The notes: generated from the letters alone by a model not told the origin. Positions 1 to 25,163 are shown, numbered from the whole stretch's first letter. The stretch: DNA of 63,467 bases, filler included, from Collodictyon triciliatum (GCA_043381765.1; 12 parts of 12 records of this genome joined end to end with filler, not necessarily neighbours in it), one strand, 5' to 3'. Translations and numbers: made by a program.

Positions 1-5160
<5,160 letters not shown>

Positions 5161-5832
5161 TCTTGTATTGCCTGAGCGAAGAATCTCGGGTATCCGAACT
5201 TTCGGGGCATGAAATGATGTCGTAGGGCGCCGTGGTGATGGAAGAGTAGACTCGTCGAATACCTTTACATATTTTCAAAATAAATCATAGGGAGCTTGTA
5301 ATACTGGATTGTTTTAGATAAAAAAAATTGTTCCCGTGGTACAATAATATGTAAGAGTACTGAGAATTACAGGCTCTTGATGGCCAAGAGGTTGATATTG
5401 CGTTCGAAGCTGAATTTCACGAGAGCGGAGTCTCGAATATCCTTTTTCTTGCCTATTTAAGTTGTTTGGGTCGAACTAGTCCGACAATAATTGAACCCTC
5501 ATTATTTAAAAACGATTCAATTTAATTCATTTGTTCTCAATATTATGTGGCTTGTATTATGTTTTTTTTTTAAAAAAAACCTCAATAATTTTATTTTATT
5601 GGCTTTTTTCTCTTAGTCTTGATATTTATGATTATCTTATTATTTTCTCGTTCATTTTGTTAGTCAAATGTTTCTTCTTTCTGTTATCGCGGTTATGATT
5701 AGTTGAAGGTTGGAGAATTGAGTTAGATAGAAACAAGCTCATGAAAAAAACCTTTTCGGGGCTTGGGGGTCGATGCCTTCCATTACTCATGATGCCTGCT
5801 GAATAAGATTTGGTTAAACCTGTGCCTTTTGA

Positions 5833-5928
<96 letters not shown>

Positions 5929-5992
5929 TCAGAGTCGGAGAATATTGTAACTGCAGAAAATAGTACGCGATGACAGAGGGATTCAAGACGAG

Positions 5993-6092
5993 NNNNNNNN
6001 NNNNNNNNNNNNNNNNNNNNNNNNNNNNNNNNNNNNTTAATTAATTAANNNNNNNNNNNNNNNNNNNNNNNNNNNNNNNNNNNNNNNNNNNN
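5993..6092. other. Artificial contig spacer (N44-TTAATTAATTAA-N44). Also at 12086-12185, 18178-18277, 24269-24368, 30360-30459, 36468-36567, 42572-42671, 48660-48759, 54739-54838, 60223-60322 and 61869-61968
   Basis: Identical 100-nt spacer with stops in all six frames; genes break off at each spacer. Confidence 0.99.
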
Positions 6093-6253
6093 AACAAAAA
6101 CAAAAACAAAAACAAAAACAAAAACAAAAACAAAAACAAAAACAAAAACAAAAACAAAAACAAAAACAAAAACAAAAACAAAAACAAAAACAAAAACAAA
6201 AACAAAAACAAAAGCAAAACAGAGGATTGTATCTGGATAACCCAAAATGAAAC

Positions 6254-12085
<5,832 letters not shown>

Positions 12086-12185
12086 NNNNNNNNNNNNNNN
12101 NNNNNNNNNNNNNNNNNNNNNNNNNNNNNTTAATTAATTAANNNNNNNNNNNNNNNNNNNNNNNNNNNNNNNNNNNNNNNNNNNN

Positions 12186-15100
12186 ACACTGATAGAGCCT
12201 GAATTAGGTGCATTTGTGTGGTCGTTGGGAGCAGATATATAGAGAAGGTTGTTGATGAATATAACTTTCCATCCAAACCCAGCCTTTGTTTTATCTGATA
12301 TGGAACGACTGAGGGACCATGTGTCTCTATTTCGGCGTAAGATGCTGACAGTTTCATAATTACGATCAGTCGGTCTATTGGCTATCGCAATCAGGTGGTC
12401 AGTCAGAAATGATAATTCAGACCCGAAAAATTCATTATCAATCTTTATGAATGAGTTGATTATGAAAGGTTGGGAGTTGCATACATCCTTATCATCAACA
12501 TAAAAGATGTAAACGATTCCCGAATTTGAAATAAGAGAAAAATCATAATGAGGAGAACCAACTGCCACGTAATTTCCTGCTATGCTTATAGCTTTTGAAA
12601 AACTCTTATCATTGCTATTTTTACCAGGTTTAATAGAGCATTTTTTTGTGAATGTCTCCGAATTATTATCCAACAAATACAAAACGACTACTCCTGTTGA
12701 GCCACCCTGTCTTTTCAAGTCTATTGCAGAAACAGCTAAAATGTTTTCATTCATTTGCATACCAAAGCCGAACTTCACATCCGAATTAAAAAAAGGATTT
12801 CTGATTTTACCTAAGAAAGAAAACTGATTTTCTATCCGGCGGTATATCAGAACATAGCCACCGTCACATAAATCCGGGGGTTTAATGCAGAAGGGAACAG
12901 ATATCAGAGCAAATTTGGAGGTAAGTAATAGTCTATATCCCATATTTTCTGACTTTGACGATTGCATTAAGTTAAGGTAATTATTCGCAGAGCCCACAAA
13001 ACTTGAATTTGACAAATTGCATGCTGATAACGACAAAAGACATTTTTTTGGGTCGCATATGTAAGAATCCTCATCGAATAAATTACCAACACCGCATTTC
13101 ACACATGAAGATATGCCAAACAATCCAAAATCCTGTGTAAATGTTCCTTTTGGACAAGCATAGCATGATTTGGAGTCTTTTTTTATTCCTTCTTTTTGAT
13201 AGAACCCTGGTGGACATAAGCTGCAAGATGAGCTTCTTTCTGAGCTATAACTTCCATTCGGACATGAAGTGCACGATGATTGGTTGAAAGAGCTAATTTT
13301 ATCGTTGAATGTTCCTGCTGAACATGGTGTGCATGATGCTTGACCATCTCTGTCATTCCAAGTACCTTGTGGACATTCAATACATGATATGTTTCCATAG
13401 GAGCCTGAGTTTGAATTGAATGTGCCTTTTGGACAGGCATAGCATGATTTGGAGTCTTTTTTTATTCCTTCTTTTTGATAGAACCCTGGTGGACATAAGC
13501 TGCAAGATGAACTTCTTTCTGAGCTATAACTTCCATTCGGACATGAAGTGCATGATGATTGATTGAAAGAGCCAATTTTATCGTTGAATGTTCCTGCTGG
13601 ACATGGTGTACATGATGCTTGACCATCTCCGTAAGTTCCAACAGGGCATTTTAAGCAAGAATCCGCACTAGTTGCTCCATAGGTGGTGCTATAAGTTCCG
13701 TTGGGACATATGAAACAATTGTTTTGACCTGGTAAATCGCTATATTTTCCAGGTGGACACAAATCACACACAAGTTTTCCTGAAACAGATGAGAATGTTC
13801 CTTGAGGGCAAGGTTGGCAGCTGCTTCTACTTGTTGATGCAACGTTCGGATTGAAAGAGCCAGCTGGACATTTATCGCAAGATATAGATTTTGTCCTGTT
13901 TGAGTATGTACCTGGGGAACATGGATTGCAGAATTGCTTTCCTCTCTCATCCATATAAAATCCCGCAGGACAATCAAAACAAGTTGATTTTCCATCGACA
14001 CTATTGTATGTACCTACTTCGCATTGAATACAGGACGACGAGCTAGTGCTCTTTCTAATAGAATTATATGTTCCAAAAGGACACATACTGCATTCAGATT
14101 GACCGTAATTGTTGTTGTATTGTCCTGGGGGGCATTTAAGGCAACTCCTTCTTCCCTCATCTATATTGTAAGTTCCTGGCTCACATGGATCACATAAAGC
14201 CTGTCCTTTTTTGTAATTGAACGTCCCTGGTCCACATGGTAGGCAATTTTCAATAGAAGTAGAACCATTTATAGGGTTATAAGTGCCAGCATCACAGGCT
14301 ATACAGGAGCTAGGGCTTACAGAGCCAATGGACGGGTTATATGTTCCAGCAGGACAGGAAATACAAGCTATTTGGCCAGTTGATGGGCTATAGGTTCCAG
14401 GTGCACATGAAATACAAGAACTAACACTAGAAGAACCATTTGATGGATTGTATGTGCCAGCTGCGCATGAAAGACAAGCATCAACACTTGTAGAACCCGT
14501 TGATGGATTGTATGTACCAGCTGCACATGAAAGACAAGCAGATTGACCAATAGATGGATTGTATGTTCCAGCTTCGCAAGAAAGACAAGCATCAATGCTC
14601 GTAGAACCGTTTAATGGATTATATGTACCAGCTGCACATGAAAGACAAGCAGACTGGCCAATAGATGGATTGTATGTTCCAGCTTCACAAGAAAGACAAG
14701 CTTCAACACTTGTAGAACCAGTTGATGGGTTGTATGTACCAGCTGCACATGAGAGACAAGCAGCTTGACCAGTTGATGGATTGTATGTACCAGTAGGGCA
14801 CAGAATGCAAGATGAAGTTCCTGCAGCACCATAGCTTCCATATGGGCATGACTGACAAGATTTTGATTCTAAATCATTAAACTGACCAAGAATGCATCGT
14901 AATTCAGGAACATTCCAGATTTTGATTGTATAATCACCACCACCAGAAACAATTTTCGAGCCATCAGGCGTAACAGCAACACTTGTAACCCAATAAGTAT
15001 GACCAGTCAATGTCCGAATCAAAGCTCCATCAGAAAGATTCCAGATTTTGATTGTTATATCCCTACCTCCAGAAACAATTTTTGAGCCATCAGGAGTTAC

Positions 15101-15924
15101 AGCAACACTATTAATCCAAACAGTATGACCAGTCAATGTGCGAATCAAAGCTCCATCAGAAAGATTCCAGATTTTGATTGTATTATCACCACCTCCAGAA
15201 ACAATTTTTGAGCCATCAGGAGTAACTACGACACTGAAAACATAACTTGTATGACCAGTCAATGTGCGAATCAAGGCTCCATCAGAAAGATTCCAGATTT
15301 TGATTGTATTATCAACACCTCCAGAGACGATTTTTGAGCCATCAGGAGTAACAGCAACACTCACAACATAACCAGCACCAGTCAATGTGCGAATCAAAGA
15401 TTCATCAGAAAGATTCCAGATTTTGATTGTATTATCATCACTTCCAGAAACAACTTTTGAGCCATCAGGAGTAACAGCAACATTTATAACCCATTTAGTA
15501 TGGCCACTTAACGTGCGAATCAAAGATCCATCAGAAAGGTTCCAGATTTTGATTGTATTATCGTAACTTCCAGAAACAATTTTTGAGCCATCAGGAGTAA
15601 CAGCAACACTGTAAACACTATCACTCAATGTGCGAATCAAAGCTCCATCAAAAAGATTCCAGATTTTGATTGTATTATCACCACTTCCAGAAACAATTTT
15701 TGAGCCATCCGGAGTAACAGCAACACTGGTAACAAAACCAGGAGTACCAATGGTGTAAACTTGGTCATCTTGCCCTTCAACAAGACATAATTGGCAGTGA
15801 AGTATCAATCCTGAAAATATATAATTAAAATTTTATGTAATTTGAAGTCAATAAAATTAAAACAAATAATTTGTAACTCACCCAATAGCAACAGAGCTGC
15901 AAAAGACTTTGAGTTCAATCTCAT
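12186..15924 (-). CDS. Secreted/cell-surface protein: signal peptide + 7 near-identical WD40 repeats + many Cys-rich GCC2_GCC3 (ephrin-receptor-like) repeats + FG-GAP (integrin-alpha-like) repeats; 3'-truncated
   Basis: Exon 1 15924-15882, GT-AG intron 15881-15811, then one long exon. The N-terminus MRLNSKSFAALLLLGLILHCQLCLVEG looks like a signal peptide. WD40: VxSVAVTPDGSKIVSGxxDNTIKIWN x7. Cys-rich: CxxCPAGTYNP repeats. FG-GAP: FSKAISIAGNYVAVGSPHYD..SGIVYIF and FGWKV..LYISAP..NSGSI. Confidence 0.9.
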
Positions 15925-18277
15925 TCTAAACTAATGTGATGAGTGTTTAAACATTTACAAGATTTTATAACATGATTTTATACTCGATCAAAACATTTGT
16001 TTAAATATCTAATATTGAACCATTCTACTTAAATTTTAATTATTTTATTCAGAAATACATAGATAGATTATCTACACATAACTTCAATAATACTCATATA
16101 ATAAAATCTCTCAAAATATGAATACTAATATTTATATCCATTGATAAACATGACTATTTTATTTTATGGTATAGTGACTTATTCAATCGATTCATTTATA
16201 TTAAAATTGAAAAATAGTCATCATCTGAAATTAAATCGATTTCAACTCACAAATTAGGATAAAACTGATAAAAATTCATTAGTCTTCGGTGATATTTTTT
16301 AGCAAGGTCATTTTTGTATCAATTATAAGTAGATTTTGATTTGATACTTATAAGAAAATCATTAATGAATTATTATATGAATCATTTCTCCAAAACAAAT
16401 AAATCAATTTACGACATACGGAAAACAATATTAAGTATGGGACTCATGCAAATTAGCCTCATTGTGAATATGACATGAGAATATATCAAAAAAATAAAGT
16501 TTAAGTTTAAATGATAGGATAATGCATGTTTCAGTTTGAGAAGAATAGGTTTGGTTTGTCTAAGTGATCAATCAATAAATTGTGGTGACCAAAATAGATG
16601 ACGTTTCACAGAAGACTTTTCAAATCAAAAGATATGATACCTATAATTAAAAATATAGAATTAATTATAATTATTCAAACAATTTGCGTGATTTAAAAAG
16701 AATTCAATATGATAAAACAGGTATATGTTATGTGTATCAGGAATTAAAGTGTACATCACAATTATGAATAAAACATGTCATCAAGGAAAACACGTGTCAA
16801 TCATTTGGTTATATTTTTCACATATTTCGTATATAAATATTGATAAAGTAAAAAATAATTAATAAATTAGTTGTTCAATCCTGTTCCCTTTATAACGACT
16901 TATTAATTCACAAAACATTCAATTAATTTGATTAATCGATCAAAAATATATCATACATTAAGTCCTCGTTTTCTAAGCAATCCAAAATTAGACGAGCGAA
17001 TGATGTAATGTTTAAAAGTAAGAAGTGGTTAATGACATGTAATTTTAAGAACTAATCAATTGGTATATTGATTAATTATTATGAAAGATTTATGGAAATA
17101 GCATTAAAAATAAAATGATATAAGATAATTAATTCAAGTGCAAGTATTAATAGATTATTCATCAATACAATCAAAATAAAATCTCATAAAATATCGTTTA
17201 CCAGAACCAGTGGTATCCTTTGAAGGATTGCTTTATTTGTTGAACATTTATATTAATATTCCTCTAAATGAAAAATATATATACCAAGAAAATACAATTA
17301 AAATTAATCAACCTATAATTATTCATTCTCATGATGTGCATATTTGTCGATATATGCTGATTCAATTCGTTTATTGCTTTCGTATAATATTTATACATAT
17401 TATTCATCAAAAAATCATAGCTGTAAAAATGTTCATATGATTAGATAACTTATATTGTTAAATGATAAAATAAATTACTGTTCGCTTGACTATATCAAAT
17501 GAACATCATTCAGAAGCAAACAAAAATATTTCCTTTAGAACATGGATTTCGATAATATCTGATAGAAATTAAAATTATGATTTAATATAGCTTAGCAAAT
17601 TGTCTTTCGGTTAACTATATTATTGATTATGTATAAAATATTTTAACCCTTGAAGTATAACCGTCTATGTACAAAATAGGGCCCGAACGATGAATCACAT
17701 CCTAATATTCGGTAAAATTTCATTAACAACTGATTGCAGTATTAAAATATGTTTTGTGAGTATTGGATATCATCTCTAATAGATTTCATGATTCACAACC
17801 TGTATCATTTTGCATTTATTTATCTGACTAATGTCAATTATTATCTCATTCTCTATCATAAGTCCCAAATATAGTGATTTTTAATTGAACTCTCTTTAAA
17901 GGACATATTTGTCACAGTCACCATGTTAATATGATTAATTGAACTAAAACCAGCTATACTAATCAAAACAAATCACTCTGATAAAAAATGTTTTATTATT
18001 ATGACTATTAATAGTGATATGTAAATACTATATTTCATTGAGAATTTGTAGATTATGTGCAATAAAGTTTCTTTGGAGCTCTGAATAGAATAAGTCTATT
18101 ACACTAAGGTTAGTACTAAAATTTTGATACAAAATATATATTAATGTATAAGAAAGGCAACAAAGGTCTGAATATTANNNNNNNNNNNNNNNNNNNNNNN
18201 NNNNNNNNNNNNNNNNNNNNNTTAATTAATTAANNNNNNNNNNNNNNNNNNNNNNNNNNNNNNNNNNNNNNNNNNNN

Positions 18278-18371
<94 letters not shown>

Positions 18372-18538
18372 CCAAATACTAAAAAAAATCAAGAGGATGA
18401 AAAGAATAAAAAAACACAATAGAAAATTATCTATACTACAGTAATTTAATTAACAAAAATTCAAAGCAAGAAGTTATTATATTTTCCAAAATGAGATATC
18501 CTCAATTAATTTAAACAAAACATCCGACAATATCCAAG

Positions 18539-20868
18539 ATCGTCCTTAATGCCCCTCTTCCGAAAGAAGCCCAATACCAAAAGACACCTGGTTGGCACAG
18601 TTTTCAAGTAAGTCAATTATTCGGCGTATCATTTAACATACAATGTAGGTGTAATTTCGGTGACTTTGGTGGGATTATTCATGTGAAAGACCTATGGCCT
18701 CCGTCCATTCTCAATAGAATTTTTTCCCACATAAAGATGATCGATTCAACCTATAAATCGTTCATTTTCAACTTCTCTAGGATGTATCAAAGGCGACATG
18801 GGGTCTCCGATTTGCAAATCCAGCCGAAGGTGACCAATTTGGAAAAGCAGTTACTGATACACTGACAAAAATGAAGTCAGGAAGTGGAGGCGCCGCTCCC
18901 CCGCGTGAGCTTTCATCCCCTTCCCCACAATATTATTCCGATTGTCTGAAAATAAACAATAAACGAAGTGGAATTTTCTTTATCATTCGCATGCACGAAG
19001 CTCATTATCTTATCTTAACAATTTCATTATATTTCAGCTCCGAAGCCGCCTGCGGTAAACAAAGCCTTATCTGAATCAATTATTAAAAAATTTATAATGA
19101 TTGTATACCTGTACTTAGTCCTTCTTGCCGAAACCACCGAATCATGACATCATTCATTTCCCCCATAACTACAGACATATAATTTCATCCTTTCTTTCAC
19201 ATATATGCGTTGTTTCTTCTTCTCTTTCAACCTCACTTAAAAAAACAACAACAGAATACACCCCCTGCTGGTGGCCCACCGAAGGTGATTTCCAAACGAT
19301 CAATCATACACACATACCCATATCAATTAATCTGAATGAAAGAATCGACCAGGATAATATCTAGCAATAAGGGTTGATTAGACGCACTTACACTCACCCA
19401 ACGCAGCCCCCGCCCAATCCTCCAGCTGCATCTCCTCCAACCCCTGCTGCAGCCCCGCCTTCCGATGGGGACGATGAGGGAGGGGTCGGGCTTGAATTTC
19501 TATCTTGACCCATGAAATCTTCCAAAATTCATATGATAATTAAATAGTCTCATTTCTAATAACTGGTCAGAGGATATCAGCGAATTTTTTTTTTATCACA
19601 AACGTGCAGATGGCGCTGGTGATATGACCCACACTTTATTGTACAGGACGGTAGAAATGCTCTTCTGGCTTCTATTCGTGCTGGGAAATCGCTAAAAAAG
19701 GTTTACTTTTTGAATCCACGCCAACAGCTATAAAAATACGCGGCATTGGCAAACAGACATAAATGACTTCGAAACCAACCAGAAAACATAGATGCATAGG
19801 CATATTTCAATCATCTTATTACGCGTCTAGACAAAACACTCCTCAACCTTTTTTTTTTTGAAACATCCAATCAGGTACAGCCTCCACCTGAGGCAAACGG
19901 ATTGGCCGGTCGCGTAGTTGGAGAAGGTGACAAGTCTGGGTCATCAGCCCCGCCCCCGCAGGCCAACACACCCCGAGCCGCACCTGCGGCAAAGCCCATG
20001 GACATGGGAAGTGAATTGGCCATGAAACTCAAGCAGCGCTCCAGCGTTGTATGTTTCTTATTACCATCTCCTTTTTTCATTCTCCTTTCGGTTAGTTTTG
20101 TTACTTTAGTTTTTAATTCCTTTATTCTTTTGAATATGGTTTCATGATTATTATTATTATTATTATTATTATTTCCGTTTCGGGGGTGGCCATCTCTAAT
20201 AATATGTGCCAAAGTGTTTCAGCCAGTTTGGCATTGGCCAATTGAATCGATGAATGCTGATATTATAAATCAAATACACACTATTCTAGAATCTCACAGC
20301 TGCCGCGCCACCACCAGCTGAGAAAGCCACCAGCCCCACAGAAACAAAGAAGCCTGCACCAGGTTGACCAAAAACACCTTGCATGCGACTCTTGATGTTT
20401 TCCTCACCTCGCCACCCACATCTATATTTATTTAGTCAACAACAATATACTACCTGAACCAACACGCACGTATTGAACTAAAACGATAATGATAATACAT
20501 TTTTTTCCCAATCATACGCACTGTTTATGTTTAATCTGATATAATCTATTTATATGTATACGTTTTTTTTTTTTGAAATCGATTTATTTCCTTTCTTTAT
20601 TGTGGTTCTAGTGGGTGGTTCGATGCGATCCAACCCAACAACATCCAACCTGTCTTCGACCCAACCGGCACGAAGCATCTCCCTATCAAACAGCAGCACC
20701 GCTTCAAATGCAAATGCAAATGCAAGTGGAGCTGCAAGTGCAACCGCAACCGCCGATGTCGCTGCTCTCAGAGAAGAATTCGAGACCCTGAAAAAGGACC
20801 TCCAGCAATTCATCAAGGCGGAGATGGACGCCATGAAAAGGGACATCCTGGCGGCACTGAAAAAGTAG
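18539..20868 (+). CDS. VASP: Ena/VASP family actin regulator (multi-exon, 5'-truncated)
   Basis: EVH1 C-terminal part YQKTPGWHSFQDVSKATWGLRFANPAEGDQF, Pro-rich exons, WH2/GAB GRNALLASIRAGKSLKKV, FAB-like MDMGSELAMKLKQR, and C-terminal tetramerisation coil LREEFETLKKDLQQFIKAEMDAMKRDILAALKK*. Confidence 0.85.
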
Positions 20869-21468
20869 CGAAGCCCCCACGACAAGACAAGCAACAACAA
20901 GTTCTCCATTCACAAGAATAACAATAAATGAAAAAAGAAAAAGAAAAAGAAAAAGAAAAAGAAAAAGAAAAAGAAAAAGAAAAAGAAAAAGAAAAAGAAA
21001 AAGAAAAAGAAAAAGAAAAAGAAAAAGAAAAAGAAACTGTGAATCTCTCATATCGTTCCTAACGGGCTGACCTTTGTCGGTTTGCATTGACTGTGGTTGC
21101 AAGAGTACGCGTTCATCATACCCCATCAATCGCATAAGCAAATCAGGATGAATGTTCACATAAGAGATACTCTCAGAGGAAATAAAAAAAAACAAAAAAC
21201 AAAAAACAAAATCAAAAACAAAAACGAAGCTATACTTACATAATATCATATTAACTCGACTGCAAATGTGGTTTGCGTACACACACAGCAGGATTAATGA
21301 GTGATTTCTTGTCATTTCAAAATCGGATAAACTTAGCTTCTCAGCAATCATTCCCATATATGTTTATTTCTCTCTCTTTCCATAAGATATGTAAGATGAT
21401 TGCCATCATCCAGAGGTGATGTCACGTCGTATCAATCAACGTTCTTTTTATGCATAAAAACCTCAACC

Positions 21469-22439
21469 TCAGTTTTCTTTGTCCTTCTTTAAGTCACGTA
21501 GTTCAGAAAGCACCCGAAGAACCCGTTCGCTTGATTTTTCACATCTGCTCAGATAGCGAGTCAGCGATATTCGCAGCATCTTCTCTCCCTCGTTCAAGTC
21601 GTTCATAAGTCGGTATTTGAAGACGGCCATGTCGGTGTACGCGTCAATCACGTCGATGTGGCCCTCGCCCAGACAGTTTCTAAGGACTGTAAACGACTTT
21701 TCCAGGTATGACCATGCAACATCGAATCTATGTAGACAGTAAATCGAACAAAAATGAGTTAACAAATAATCAAAAATAAAACATAACATAACATAACATA
21801 ACATAACATAACATAACATAACATAACATAACATAACATAACATAACATAACATAACATAACATAACATAACATAACATAACATAACGAAAAAGTACACG
21901 ATAAAGAGCATTGGGATGCAATTACTTGAATCTCTTAACATAAAGCTTGGCTATTTGGCCATAGATTTTTGCACTCTCTTGGTTGTCATCTCCTAGGATT
22001 AACCTGCAACTCTCGACAGCTTTTTTGTAATACCGCTCTGCATCATCGAACCTATAGCATGTCATAGAAGCAGAAGCAGAAGCAGAAGCAGAAGCAGAAG
22101 CAGAAGCAGAAGCAGAAGCAGAAGCAGAAGCAGATAAAGCGAGGAAATGCAACAGGTTAATCCATGTACAGATAGTTAGAGGGGTATGTGCGACCTTGCA
22201 GCGGCATTATAAAATCCAGAAAAAAATCAAAATTACTTATGGGAGTTGGTGCAGGCGATTGCGACAGATATGTACTGGTTCCACAAATCCCGGTTCAATG
22301 GGTCACTATTGCGCTCCAGAATCCCGAGAAGCTTGAGCTCGTACGGCAGGCTGGGGATTTCGCTGTTTTCCAGGTGAGAAACACTGTTAGTATAATTGCG
22401 TCTGATTTTGAAAAATATAATGAATACTATTTTAAAAAT

Positions 22440-22496
<57 letters not shown>

Positions 22497-24056
22497 GAAA
22501 GAAAGAAGGAAAGAAAAAGAGCACGTTCATCAACACAGTCAGATATAATGCTCGATGATGTCATACAAAAGTAACTCGAATGAAGAATCTCTGATCTATA
22601 GAAAATACTACAGCCTTACTTTTTCGAGTTCAAGCAAAGCGACCGGATTTTCTTGTAAAGCGAAACGATTGTAGGATGATTCTCTGGGTACACTTTTTCA
22701 TAGTATTTCAAGGCTTGGTCCAAATGATGAAGAGAATCTTCTTCTCTGAATGGAGTTTATATTTTCAGTAAGTCATATGCTACAAGCATCGCACCATACG
22801 AGGTCACGTTACTCTCTCCCATCCACACCCAAATGTTACCATAATTTTTTTATACTTTTTAGAAATAACCGAGTCATCGATTCCAAAGTCATGTCCTTCA
22901 TGAGATGATTTTCGAGGGAGACTTACAATATGTAGTTGCAGATAAATTTTTTAGATTGCTCGACATAATTATTTTACAAGAGTTTTAAAGTTGATGTAGT
23001 ATTTTTTCCTTTATTTGATTCAAGGAAAGTTGATATAATATAAACAATGCGGAATAATTCTACTTAATCATCTCCAACAATAACTCTGCTATTTGCTGAT
23101 GTCCTTGAGCAAGCTCCAAGTATGAATCCGGACTGGAATTCACGACAGATATAAGATTTTTCTTGCACTCTGATATTTTCAAGTCTTTTTCCCTTAAATC
23201 AGAGTCAACATTTGTTTGAAGAAGCCTAACGATGTCGTAGGGTTTCTCAGGATTGCTAGACGATGGCACTTTTGGACCGATATATTCTATAGGACTATAA
23301 ATGGCTTAGTAAGATATATTCTGGCAAATATACCACAAATACATGCAAAAAGAATACTCACATATTGGACATAGCTGGCGTTTTTTTTTTTTTTTTGATA
23401 AAGAGTGTTTTCATTAGTAATTATAGTGGAATGGTTCCTCAATCCCATCATCTTGCACAAATATGAAAGAGGAATAAAAAAAATGGTGGAATGGCTTTTT
23501 TTTTTTGAAACAATAGTCAGTTTTAACAATATATTTGTATTTACCTTTCATACCAGAGTTTTCTAAATCCTTCATTAAAGTAACATTAAATCTCTTATGA
23601 TTATCACTAGAAATCGATATACTAGACGCAGATACTGGCTTTGGTTTCGGTAACTGGTTGGTAGAAATTTTGTGCACTAGAGTCCACCGCCGAAGCAAGC
23701 AAATGGAAGATATGTTAACACTTGCGGTCGATACAATTTTCTATACATGAGGTCGATGAGTTATATTATTGGAAAGAAATGAGTAAACCTGGCGGAAACA
23801 GCTTGTTAGAAAGAAGACCAGTCGCAGTAACCCAATCGATGGGAGGAGCCGCTGAACCGAAGATAATATATTAATTTGATGTTATAGTTCCAACAGGAAA
23901 ATTTTGGAAATCAGCGTCAAGTCTTTTCATAATATAGCGTAAATCCCACCTTCTGACGGAAGAGTAGTCCGCAGAAACTTTGTAGGATATAGAATCTTGT
24001 AAAGTCGAAGAATATTCTCTCTTACTTCATCCTCATCTTCCACGGGTGTCTCGCTG
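21469..24056 (-). CDS. Tetratricopeptide-repeat protein (kinesin-light-chain/TPR_12-type repeats), multi-exon, 5'-truncated
   Basis: FDDAERYYKKAVESCRLILGDDNQESAKIYGQIAKLY and AWSYLEKSFTVLRNCLGEGHIDVIDAYTDMA are TPR_12-like; GT-AG introns contain microsatellites. Confidence 0.65.
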
Positions 24057-24549
24057 TTGTTTGCATTCACCATTTGTGCAATGTCGTAATCAGAATTTGA
24101 TAAAGAAAAATAAGAAAGCAGAGATACATACAAAGATACATACAAAGATACATACAAAGATACATACAAAGATACATACAAAGATACATACAAAGATACA
24201 TACAAAGATACATACAAAGATTCAGAAAAAGAGGTTTGGAAAAGATAGGAAAACACACAAATAAAAAANNNNNNNNNNNNNNNNNNNNNNNNNNNNNNNN
24301 NNNNNNNNNNNNTTAATTAATTAANNNNNNNNNNNNNNNNNNNNNNNNNNNNNNNNNNNNNNNNNNNNTCTTTTTACTTTCTTTTTACTTTCTTTTTACT
24401 TTCTTTTTACTTTCTTTTTACTTTCTTTTTACTTTCTTTTTACTTTCTTTTTACTTTCTTTTTACTTCTTTTTCTCTTTTTCTCTTTTTCTCTTTTTCTC
24501 TTTTTCTCTTTTTCTCTTTTTCTCTTTTTCAACTTCAAATCTACATTCA

Positions 24550-25163
24550 GTCAACATCGACGACGATGTCTCTGAGGGCGCAAAACAAGCCTCTGTCATT
24601 GTGGAGGGTTTATCTCCCCGAGTCAACAAGGTGGATAATCACCGAACATTATGCAAACGAAGCCCAAACTCCATTAGAGTGATGTTTATCGCTGTAACCA
24701 CAAACCATTGCTAATCGGGCTTTCCTGTGCTCCTCGCAAATCTGACTCACTTTATTAGAATCCGCCATTTAGCGACGCATCCCATCTGTTGTTCAAACAC
24801 AGCCTCTCGTATTCAACCACGCCCAGGTATATAGATATCTTCTTCCGACTCTGGCATTCCGGTGGCCAGTTCTTTTCACCAAACATCCCGCACAAAATAC
24901 AATCACATATCCACTTATCTTGCGCTTCTCGCCTTGTCTTGGCATGAAAAAGGATAAGTATTTCGAGAGTAAACCTTGGCGTCCTTTTCTCAAATCAAAG
25001 TAGCTTCCGGCATTCCGGTCGCTTTGCCCCGCCCCTGCTTGGCGATAAGCAGCAGGTCTCTGCAAATCTTGGCGCTGATGAGGCGATGCAGGACTTGAGC
25101 AAAAGTGTCAGGCTCACCGAATCCCAACAGGAATTGTTGGCTGCAAGTGTCGAGCACGAATGA
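24550..25163 (+). CDS. Possible 3' exons of an unidentified gene
   Basis: Short, more GC-rich segments bounded by AG/GT (24550-24630, 24759-24826, ~25056-25163); frame and identity unresolved. Confidence 0.3.

Noticed and set aside
14430-15747. Repeat arrays with variable segments as a CRISPR-like array
   Set aside because: They are in-frame WD40 and Cys-rich coding repeats
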